Under the pieces are notes generated by a model. The model did not search any database, was not told the DNA's origin, and saw only the letters and a program-made list of their open reading frames with translations. Made by a program: the position numbers and the translations under genes. Positions 57,138 through 64,000 of a stretch of 64,000 nucleotides of DNA are shown piece after piece (positions within the stretch are counted from its first letter, which is position 1; each line of letters begins with the position of its first letter). Source of the stretch: an uncultured Clostridia bacterium (GTDB lineage Bacteria > Bacillota > Clostridia > Christensenellales > UBA1242); the NCBI GenBank assembly GCA_944372585.1, contig CALVZQ010000005.1:37279-101278 (forward strand). The letters run 5' to 3'.

Positions 57138-58496
57138 ATGGATAAAACGGAATTTTATGATATTGTTGGAAAACTTATTGTCCCATTATTCACAGGCTCT
57201 TTTCTTGCTGGCGAAATTGAATCTTCTCAAAGAGATTTGGAAGTTGCACTTGGCAAAGGAAATTCCATTCTTTTGAAACCTACAAAACTTGATGATTATC
57301 GTATCATTTTGAAACGTGGACAGCCATTTAAGTCTTTTGAGGTGAACCTTATCCGTGCAATTATTCACGAAATTGGAAACATTTCAAACCTGAATATTGA
57401 AGACAAAATGTATCTTAGACAACTTCAAGACATGGCAATTGAAAAAGCATTGGTTGAAAGTCTGACTGAAAATGGAAGTGAAACCGTTTTGGGAATCATT
57501 AACGATTTGGAAAAATGGGCATCAAGAACATATGAAGGGGCGACTGTAAAACTTGGCATTATGGTCAATCTTGGTGTCAATTCTGACAGCACAAACCCAG
57601 TGCACTATAGTGAAGTTTTAAACAAAGACTTTTTTGCTTTGTTCACAGATGGAGTGTCTTCATTTATTGAGTTTGACAAGAGTGGAATCCTTCTTGGATA
57701 TATGAATTTGAAAAACCCAAAATCAGTGCCGACAATTTCACCTTATGTTTTTGACAGATTGGCAAGAGTGTGCAATGACAAGAGAATTGGAATTGTCTTG
57801 ACAGAGAAAGGAGATATTTTGATTTTCTTTTCAAGACAACTTGTCTTTGCCAAAAGAAATGGCGATTGGTGTGTTTATTCTCATGACGAGGTTATCAGGC
57901 TTTTGCAAAACAATGTGTCATACACTGCAAAACAAATCAGAAGAGCAATCTACAACACGGCGCTTGATTGTTCTTTTGCATACAAAGGAGCCTGTTTGGT
58001 TTACATCAACAAGGACAAAACTCTTGATGCGTTGAACCATATTGATGCCGCTGACATAATTTCCGAAGAACATTTCAACATGAAAAAAGACTTGGAACTT
58101 GCAGAAGCAGAAAAACTTTATAACATTGCCAACGCAAAAAAGATTATTGACAAATTCAGTTTGACTTATGAAGATTTTTTGAATAAAAATCATTACACAA
58201 AAACCATGTCAATAAGAAAGATTGTTGCGGGCAAAAAATTGTTTGAACTTGACAGAAAACTCGTGGAAGAAATGACTTCTGTTGATGGTGCAACAATTGT
58301 GGATTATGATGGAACAATCATTGCTGTTGGAGCAATTATCAAAATCGAAGCCGGCAGTCAAGGAGGTGGTCGTCTTGCTGCGACAACCACTATGGCCAAA
58401 TATGGTGTTGCGATCAAGGTGTCTCAAGATGGGATTATGCAAGGTTTCAGTGTGGACAAACAGGGAAGAGTTAAACAGATTTTTAATTTTGGGTGA
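57138..58496 (+). CDS. Hypothetical protein with a C-terminal DisA_N/DAC-like domain lacking the RHR motif
   Basis: ATG after GGGGAGGGG. VDGATIVDYDGTIIAVGAIIKI...GGGRLAATTTMAKYGVAIKVSQDG aligns by eye with DGAxIx..G.I.AA...L...GTRHRAA...V.VS of diadenylate cyclases. Confidence 0.4.
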   Translation: MDKTEFYDIVGKLIVPLFTGSFLAGEIESSQRDLEVALGKGNSILLKPTKLDDYRIILKRGQPFKSFEVNLIRAIIHEIGNISNLNIEDKMYLRQLQDMAIEKALVESLTENGSETVLGIINDLEKWASRTYEGATVKLGIMVNLGVNSDSTNPVHYSEVLNKDFFALFTDGVSSFIEFDKSGILLGYMNLKNPKSVPTISPYVFDRLARVCNDKRIGIVLTEKGDILIFFSRQLVFAKRNGDWCVYSHDEVIRLLQNNVSYTAKQIRRAIYNTALDCSFAYKGACLVYINKDKTLDALNHIDAADIISEEHFNMKKDLELAEAEKLYNIANAKKIIDKFSLTYEDFLNKNHYTKTMSIRKIVAGKKLFELDRKLVEEMTSVDGATIVDYDGTIIAVGAIIKIEAGSQGGGRLAATTTMAKYGVAIKVSQDGIMQGFSVDKQGRVKQIFNFG

Positions 58497-58501
58497 TTAT
58501 A

Positions 58502-58942
58502 ATGAAAATAAAAATTCGAATTGCTATTGAAGATGATATTGATTTTTTGGTGCAGTTTGCCAAACAACTCTATAATTCTGGTGAAGATTTGCATGAGGAT
58601 TTTCACAATTTGTTGAAAGATGATGATGCTGTAGTGTTTTTGGCATACGATCAAAACAAAAATGTTATTGGATTCGCACATGTTGAAATAAGACATGACT
58701 ATGTGGAAGGTTGCAAGACAAATAATGTTGGTTATTTGGAAGGTATTTTTCTGCAACCTGAATACAGAAGTTTTGGTGTTGGAAAAATGCTTGTTGAAAA
58801 GGCAATTAAGTGGGCAAAAGAAAAAGGTTGCACAGAATTTGCCAGTGATTGCGAAGTTTCCAATGATATCAGCGTCAAATTTCATGAATCAGTTGGTTTT
58901 CACGAAGTTAATAGAATTGTTTGTTTTAAAATGGATATCTAA
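58502..58942 (+). CDS. GNAT N-acetyltransferase, AAC(6')-like
   Basis: GYLEGIFLQPEYRSFGVGKMLVEKAIKWAKEKGCTEFASDCEVSNDISVKFHESVGF. Confidence 0.7.
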   Translation: MKIKIRIAIEDDIDFLVQFAKQLYNSGEDLHEDFHNLLKDDDAVVFLAYDQNKNVIGFAHVEIRHDYVEGCKTNNVGYLEGIFLQPEYRSFGVGKMLVEKAIKWAKEKGCTEFASDCEVSNDISVKFHESVGFHEVNRIVCFKMDI

Positions 58943-58950
58943 TTTTGAAA

Positions 58951-58979
58951 TTGACAAACAAATTTTGCTGTGTTATAAT
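58951..58979 (+). promoter_or_regulatory. Consensus sigma-A promoter of rnpB (TTGACA-17 nt-TATAAT)
   Basis: Perfect hexamers and spacing, 7 nt upstream of the P1 stem of the RNase P RNA. Confidence 0.8.
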
Positions 58980-58985
58980 GGTTCA

Positions 58986-59336
58986 GTCAGTCAGCCAGGT
59001 GGTCGCTGTGTGTTTGTGATGAACACAGAGAGGAAAGTCCGAGCATCAAAAGAACAGGGTGCCAGTTAACGACTGGTGAAGGTGACTTCAAGGATAGTGC
59101 AACAGAAATAGACTTCTGGGAAAATCTCAGTAAAGGTGGAAAGGTAGGGTAAGAGCCTACCGGGTGATTGGTAACAATCGCTGCTCTGTAAACCCCACTC
59201 GATGCAAGGTTAAGTCTTTCGCAAATGTGCGTTCTTTCACGCGAGAGCAAAAATACCGCTGGAACTTGTTGGCGACAACAAGTCTGGAAAGATGACTGCC
59301 AAATACAGAACTCGGCTTATAGACTGGCTGACAAAC
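58986..59336 (+). ncRNA. rnpB: RNase P RNA
   Basis: Universal P4 elements GAGGAAAGUCCG (59030-59041) and ACAGAACUCGGCUUAU (59305-59320). P1 pairing of GUCAGCCAG (58990-58998) with CUGGCUGAC (59324-59332). The ends are approximate. Confidence 0.88.
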
Positions 59337-59425
59337 CACATTTGTGGAAATTTGAATGGGAGAATTATTCTCCTATTTTTTATTCTTTTTTGTCTAAAAT
59401 TTTTTGTGATGTCAATAATTTGATC

Positions 59426-60664
59426 ATGAAAAAAAGCGAATACATTCAAAAAGCAAAGAATGCAATTTTGAACCGAGTGCGTTTTCATGCGCCAGTTGTT
59501 TATGATGATAAGATTGACAAGACAGTTTTGTTTGTCAATGGAATTGATGTTGAAAAACCAGTTTTCAAGTTTGACAAACAGATGAACAACAGACTTTTGA
59601 AGGCATTTTCTTTGGCTCAACAGGAAGAAGAATTCAATCTTTTGCTTTCAACTTCAAGTCTTGAAAATGTCAAACAGTCAAAATTGAAAACTATGAAAAA
59701 CACAATTGTTTACAGTCCTCAAAACAGTCCTGTTTCTTTTGTTGAAATGGTGAACAAACTCAATATCAACTATCAATCTTCTTCAAACTACAATTTGGTT
59801 TATAAGGACAAATTTTTCAAAGTTAATGGGGAGATTTTAAATCCATCATACAAAGAATTTGTGCTGAGGAAAAATCTTGTAAGTGATGGTGTGTGGGTGG
59901 AATATCACGAATTTGTTTTGAATGGAGACAATTTTTTTGTCAAATTCACAAACAAATCGGACAAAGGAAAAAAGATGCATTTGGAACTCAATATACCTCT
60001 GAGAAAGGGGTATTATTATTTCAAAAAAAAGAACAAATGTGTTGTTGTTGAAAATCTGCTTACAAAAGAAAAATTGTTTTTGAATTACATTGGAAAGAAC
60101 TGCGAATTTTCGTTTTCAAATGTGGACGGACTTGAAAACTCTGTTTTTTGTTGCATTAATGTCAAAATGAATTTGAATATTGACAGCAAACAGCAGAAAT
60201 TTGTCTTTTTCAATTTGGGAGATAGCGAATTTTGTTTGAAAAACCTTTCTCAAATTCAGACATTCAAAGACATGGCAATCAAGAAATGCTGTGAAATTTT
60301 CAATGTCAGAGTAAAGACAAGAGAACCAAAGTTTGATAATTTTTTCAACATCACTTTGCCAAGACGAATTTGGGTTAATTGGCTTAACAATGAGATAGAC
60401 ATGGAATTGGAAGAAAAATATGTTTCGCTCAAGAAGTTGTTTGTGAAGGGGCGAGAAAATTTTTCTTTTGTTCCGTTCAAAAAAATAGGTGTTAGAGAGA
60501 TTGGAATCTTCAATGGAGAGTATTACAAAAAAATCCTTGTGGTCTCTTCCAGCGAAAAATTTTTGAGAGTTGGAAAAACTTTTTTCTATAACATCAATGG
60601 AGTCACAAATCATTCGCTTCGCAATTCTGAACCCATTGTGTTGTCCTTTGGAGAAGGAAATTAG
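59426..60664 (+). CDS. Hypothetical protein (412 aa)
   Basis: First ATG downstream of rnpB; the listed ORF start at 59225 lies inside the RNA gene. AATAAT box 6 nt upstream and no Shine-Dalgarno sequence. Beta-rich; no motif recognised. Confidence 0.5.
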   Translation: MKKSEYIQKAKNAILNRVRFHAPVVYDDKIDKTVLFVNGIDVEKPVFKFDKQMNNRLLKAFSLAQQEEEFNLLLSTSSLENVKQSKLKTMKNTIVYSPQNSPVSFVEMVNKLNINYQSSSNYNLVYKDKFFKVNGEILNPSYKEFVLRKNLVSDGVWVEYHEFVLNGDNFFVKFTNKSDKGKKMHLELNIPLRKGYYYFKKKNKCVVVENLLTKEKLFLNYIGKNCEFSFSNVDGLENSVFCCINVKMNLNIDSKQQKFVFFNLGDSEFCLKNLSQIQTFKDMAIKKCCEIFNVRVKTREPKFDNFFNITLPRRIWVNWLNNEIDMELEEKYVSLKKLFVKGRENFSFVPFKKIGVREIGIFNGEYYKKILVVSSSEKFLRVGKTFFYNINGVTNHSLRNSEPIVLSFGEGN

Positions 60665-60742
60665 TTGTTTATCAATAAATTATTTAAATTTTTTTAAATT
60701 GTTTTGACAAGCATTGTTTCTTTTTGCTAATATATTTCTATC

Positions 60743-62050
60743 ATGAGCATGGAGCAAAGAATTCCTCTTGCTGAAAGAATGAGGGCAACAAATTTTGACG
60801 AATTTGTTGGGCAAGAGCATATTGTCGGGAAAAACAAATTGTTGTATAGGGCAATATCAACAGGTTCTGTTGGTAGTTGCATTTTTTATGGCCCACCAGG
60901 AACTGGAAAAACAACACTTGCAGGAATTATTGCAAAAATGCTTCATGCAAACATTGAAAAATTAAATGCCGTTTCAAGTGGTGTTGCTGATGCCAAAGCC
61001 GTCATTGAAAAAGCTCGTTCACTCAAGCAAATGTTTGGACAAGACACCTATCTTCTGCTTGATGAGTGTCACAGGTGGAGCAAAGCACAAAGCGACTGTG
61101 TTTTGCAAGCCATTGAGGAGGGCGACATCTATTTCATAGGTTCGACCACGGAAAATCCATACACAAGCATGACAAGAGCGATTGTTTCGAGATGTAGTGT
61201 TTTTGAATTTAAAAAGGTTTCAGAAAAAGATGTTGAAAAGGTTTTGAGAAGAGCAATTTCTGACAAGGAAAAGGGGCTTGGAAATTTCAAAACTCAAATT
61301 GAAGATGATGCATTGAAGTTTTTGGCTTTTGCGTGCAATGGAGATGTCAGAACCGCCTTGAACAGTTTGGAACTTGCAGTTTTATCGACTAAGATTGGAA
61401 AAGACAAAATCATTCACATCGACAAAGAAACAATGGCGGAATGTTTGAACAGGCGACCATTATCCATTGATGAAAATATGTATTATGACTATCTGTCTGC
61501 CTTTTGCAAAAGTTTGAGGGGCTCGGACACAGAGGCAGCACTATATTATGCTCACAGACTTCTCAAGGCAGGGATTGACCCACTTATCATTGCAAGACGT
61601 ATGATTGCTCATGCATCAGAAGACATAGGCATGGCGGACAGCAATGCACTTTTGATGGCATGCTGTGCCATGTATGCCTGTGAGAAAAATGGTCCACCGG
61701 AATGTTATCTGAACTTGTCGCATGCAATCATATATCTTTGTGAGGCGGAAAAATCCAACAGTGTCCTTGTGGCAATGCACAGGGCTCAGCAAGATGCAGA
61801 GAATGAAAGGGAAGACATTGTTCCAAATCATTTGAAAAATCACCCAAGCACAAACAAAGACGGACATGGAAAATATAAATATCCGCATGATTATGGGGGA
61901 TATTGCAAGCAACAATATATGCCGGACAAACTGAAAGACAGAGTCTATTATGAGCCAAGCGAAAATGGCAGAGAAAAAAATTTGATAAGAAAAAAATTTG
62001 CAAAAAATGGATTTGTTCCAAAGAGCAAACCAGAAGATAGGAGAGGTTGA
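60743..62050 (+). CDS. rarA: Replication-associated recombination protein A (MgsA/RarA AAA+ ATPase)
   Basis: PLAERMRATNFDEFVGQEH, GPPGTGKTT, LLLDECHRW, GDVRTALNSLE, LHKSIRGSD-like CKSLRGSD. Confidence 0.9.
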   Translation: MSMEQRIPLAERMRATNFDEFVGQEHIVGKNKLLYRAISTGSVGSCIFYGPPGTGKTTLAGIIAKMLHANIEKLNAVSSGVADAKAVIEKARSLKQMFGQDTYLLLDECHRWSKAQSDCVLQAIEEGDIYFIGSTTENPYTSMTRAIVSRCSVFEFKKVSEKDVEKVLRRAISDKEKGLGNFKTQIEDDALKFLAFACNGDVRTALNSLELAVLSTKIGKDKIIHIDKETMAECLNRRPLSIDENMYYDYLSAFCKSLRGSDTEAALYYAHRLLKAGIDPLIIARRMIAHASEDIGMADSNALLMACCAMYACEKNGPPECYLNLSHAIIYLCEAEKSNSVLVAMHRAQQDAENEREDIVPNHLKNHPSTNKDGHGKYKYPHDYGGYCKQQYMPDKLKDRVYYEPSENGREKNLIRKKFAKNGFVPKSKPEDRRG

Positions 62051-62052
62051 TT

Positions 62053-62994
62053 ATGTGTAAGAAAAGAAGTGACGGAACAAAGGTTAAAGATTTACAAATC
62101 ATTGAAAAGGCAATTTCATATTTCATGCCAGAGCGTATTGATGCTGTCAATATGTTCACACAGCCAATCAGATGCGAAAAACTTGACCAATTTATTCTCA
62201 ATGAGAAAAAGAACAACGGTGTTCATTACACCTACACAGAAATTTTGGCAGCAGCATGCGTGAGAATGTTGTATGAAAGACCAAAGACAAACAGATTTGT
62301 CAACAACTGCATTGTGTATCAAAGAAATACCATTTCCATTTCCATGAGTGTCAAAAAAACATTGACAGACAATGGTGAAGAGGTCACTTTGAAGTTCTAT
62401 TTCACTGGTCGAGAAAGTTTGGATCAGGTCAAAAAAATCATGGACGATGAAATTGCAAAAAACATCAAACCAGATGCAGAAACACACGAAACCACCAAGA
62501 CGGCTGGGGCATTGTGCAAACTTCCAAATTGGCTCTTTAAGTTTGCAATGGCTTGTGTTAGATTTATGGACAAACACAACTTTTTGCCAAAGAAACTTAT
62601 CCATGCAAGCCCTTTCCACACAAGCATCTACATCACAGATTTGAGAAGCATCAAGCTGGACAAAATTTATCATCATCTCTACAACTTTGGAACAACAACA
62701 ATTTTTGGCGCACTTGGAAAAGTTCAATATGTTCCTGTTTCAGATCGTTCTGGAGAAGTTCGTGTTGAGAAACAGATGAACTTGGGACTCGTTTTGGACG
62801 AAAGAGTTGCTGACGGATTGTATTATGGAAACAGTGTCAGATTGCTTTTGAAATATCTTGAAAATCCAGAACTCTTGAAGGAAAGTTTGCCAGAACCTGA
62901 ACTTACAGGCAAGGCTTTGAAGAAAAAACTGAAACAAGAGAAAAAACTTGCAAAAAAACAAAAGAAAAACAAACAAGAAAAAGACAAGAAGTAA
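62053..62994 (+). CDS. 2-oxoacid dehydrogenase E2 catalytic-domain-like (CAT fold) acyltransferase with no lipoyl domain and a K-rich tail
   Basis: ATG 6 nt after GGAGAGG. LGLVLDERVADGLYYGNSVRLLLKYLENPELL aligns with the E2 DHRxxDG block. YTEILAAACVRML is typical of the family. Confidence 0.55.
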   Translation: MCKKRSDGTKVKDLQIIEKAISYFMPERIDAVNMFTQPIRCEKLDQFILNEKKNNGVHYTYTEILAAACVRMLYERPKTNRFVNNCIVYQRNTISISMSVKKTLTDNGEEVTLKFYFTGRESLDQVKKIMDDEIAKNIKPDAETHETTKTAGALCKLPNWLFKFAMACVRFMDKHNFLPKKLIHASPFHTSIYITDLRSIKLDKIYHHLYNFGTTTIFGALGKVQYVPVSDRSGEVRVEKQMNLGLVLDERVADGLYYGNSVRLLLKYLENPELLKESLPEPELTGKALKKKLKQEKKLAKKQKKNKQEKDKK

Positions 62995-63025
62995 ATTAAT
63001 TTCGTGAAACATTGGGGGTGAAAAA

Positions 63026-63487
63026 ATGAAGTGTAGTCAATGTGGTTGCCAAGACTTAGTACCTGTTGATTTTCCGCAAAAAACAAATTTAAAAGAAGTA
63101 GATTGCGGATTAGTTGGATATAGTTCAGCGTATGTATTAAAAAATAAGATAAATTGTGATTCTTTTATTTGTATTAATTGTGGACATTTTGAATTTTTCA
63201 ATTTAGGACTTGCAGAACAAATTAAACATGATAGAAAATTAAAAAAAGAAATACAAGAAAATATTAACAAAGTTGAAAATGAAATTATGCTATTAAACAA
63301 TAAAGCTTTCGATATACAAGAACAAATAGGAAAATTAAAATCCGAAACATTAAATCTTGATATTACCCTAAGAAGAAATAATGAACTACAAGTCCAAATA
63401 TCCAATTTAAAAAAAGAATTGGCTGCACTTAATAAAACAATTAATGAGAAAAAGAAATTAATTAATAATTTGAAAGTGAAAAAGTAA
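63026..63487 (+). CDS. Zinc-ribbon plus coiled-coil protein (153 aa) in a markedly more AT-rich segment
   Basis: GGGGGTG RBS. CSQCGC...CINCGH, then a K/E/N heptad-like C-half. Confidence 0.5.
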   Translation: MKCSQCGCQDLVPVDFPQKTNLKEVDCGLVGYSSAYVLKNKINCDSFICINCGHFEFFNLGLAEQIKHDRKLKKEIQENINKVENEIMLLNNKAFDIQEQIGKLKSETLNLDITLRRNNELQVQISNLKKELAALNKTINEKKKLINNLKVKK

Positions 63488-63833
63488 GAGGTTCAATTTA
63501 GGATTATTTTTAATTTTAATGTAAAATATACTATATAAATGGTAAAAATTACGAGTCAAATTTATTTATCTTTAACTTTTGTTTTTTATTATATAAAGTT
63601 TTAATTATTTTGCAAAAAGTTAGAATTTTCATTCTAAGACATTTATTATAATGTCTTTTTTTTACAAGTTTTTAGCGAATTTTTGACTGCATTATGGTGT
63701 CACTTTTTTGTATTTTATTGTAAAATATTGTAAATTTATTAAATTTCCTGACATAAAAAATTGACTATGAAAATCTTTATAATTAAAATGCTTTTTGAAG
63801 ATTAGTTGACTGATATAAAGGAGATTTTCACAA

Positions 63834-64000
63834 ATGAAAAATGATTTGATTTGGACAAAAACATTGCTCACGGTTTACAGATATTTGGAAAGAATTAGTG
63901 GGGCCATTGACAAAATTATTATGCAAAGTGCTTTGAACAGTTCAAATATCGTTGGGCAGAACTATTTTTACAACAATGTTTATTCCATTTCACAAAAACT
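63834..64000 (+). CDS. Hypothetical protein, 3' end outside the window
   Basis: ATG preceded by AAAGGAG. The frame is open to the window edge (MKNDLIWTKTLLTVYRYLERISGAIDKII...). Confidence 0.35.
   Translation, partial: MKNDLIWTKTLLTVYRYLERISGAIDKIIMQSALNSSNIVGQNYFYNNVYSISQK

Noticed and set aside
59225-59425. Upstream part of the listed ORF 59225..60664
   Set aside because: It overlaps the 3' third of the RNase P RNA. The first ATG after the RNA (59426) gives a sensible N-terminus.
1-64000. Mollicutes-type genetic code 4, suggested by the low GC content
   Set aside because: Many well-supported genes end in TGA (for example parE at 1900-1902, DUF11 protein B at 40139-40141 and rarA at 62048-62050), so the standard bacterial code applies.
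1-64000. CRISPR arrays, tRNA/rRNA genes, transposases, integrases and prophage blocks
   Set aside because: I scanned the intergenic regions and the ORF translations and found no spacer-repeat periodicity, no tRNA T-arm or acceptor signatures, and no recombinase or phage motifs. The only repeats of note are the 168-bp tandem duplication and the G9 tract.

Overview
This is an AT-rich chromosomal segment that uses the standard genetic code (TGA serves as a stop). It comes from a low-GC Firmicute, very probably an endospore-forming Clostridia-type organism, judging by a pro-sigma-K gene, a PdaB-like deacetylase and a YlbJ-like membrane protein. I count about 55 credible protein genes plus one RNase P RNA. 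I saw no tRNA, rRNA, CRISPR array, transposase, integrase or phage structural gene. The backbone is housekeeping: parE (partial)-parC, gpmI, greA, rnj, tsaE-tsaB, an mreB-like gene with minD and a minE-like gene, two degV genes, an ABC-2 exporter pair, pta-ackA, rpmF, plsX-rnc-smc-ftsY, sigK, rnpB and rarA. Two giant envelope proteins stand out. One is a GLUG-repeat lipoprotein at 5.2-10.2 kb behind a tandemly duplicated promoter. The other is a type I membrane protein at 21.7-25.6 kb with four beta-sandwich modules and a cytoplasmic coiled coil. The most system-like region is a cluster at 38.0-43.1 kb. It holds two signal-peptide-less DUF11-repeat proteins and an 84-aa cysteine-rich protein in one tightly coupled operon. 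That operon is flanked by a SunS-like GT2-TPR glycosyltransferase and an ADP-ribosylglycohydrolase/N-formylglutamate-amidohydrolase fusion. Other oddities include fusion or degenerate-active-site proteins: HIT-RNase HI, a DAC-like domain without RHR, a trypsin-like fold without its triad, and an E2-like protein with DERxxDG. There is also a split TSUP permease, a G9 tract inside a hydrolase gene, and a recurring '-10 box, 6 nt, ATG' start geometry typical of leaderless mRNAs. All family assignments come from motif recognition by eye; no database search or folding calculation was possible.
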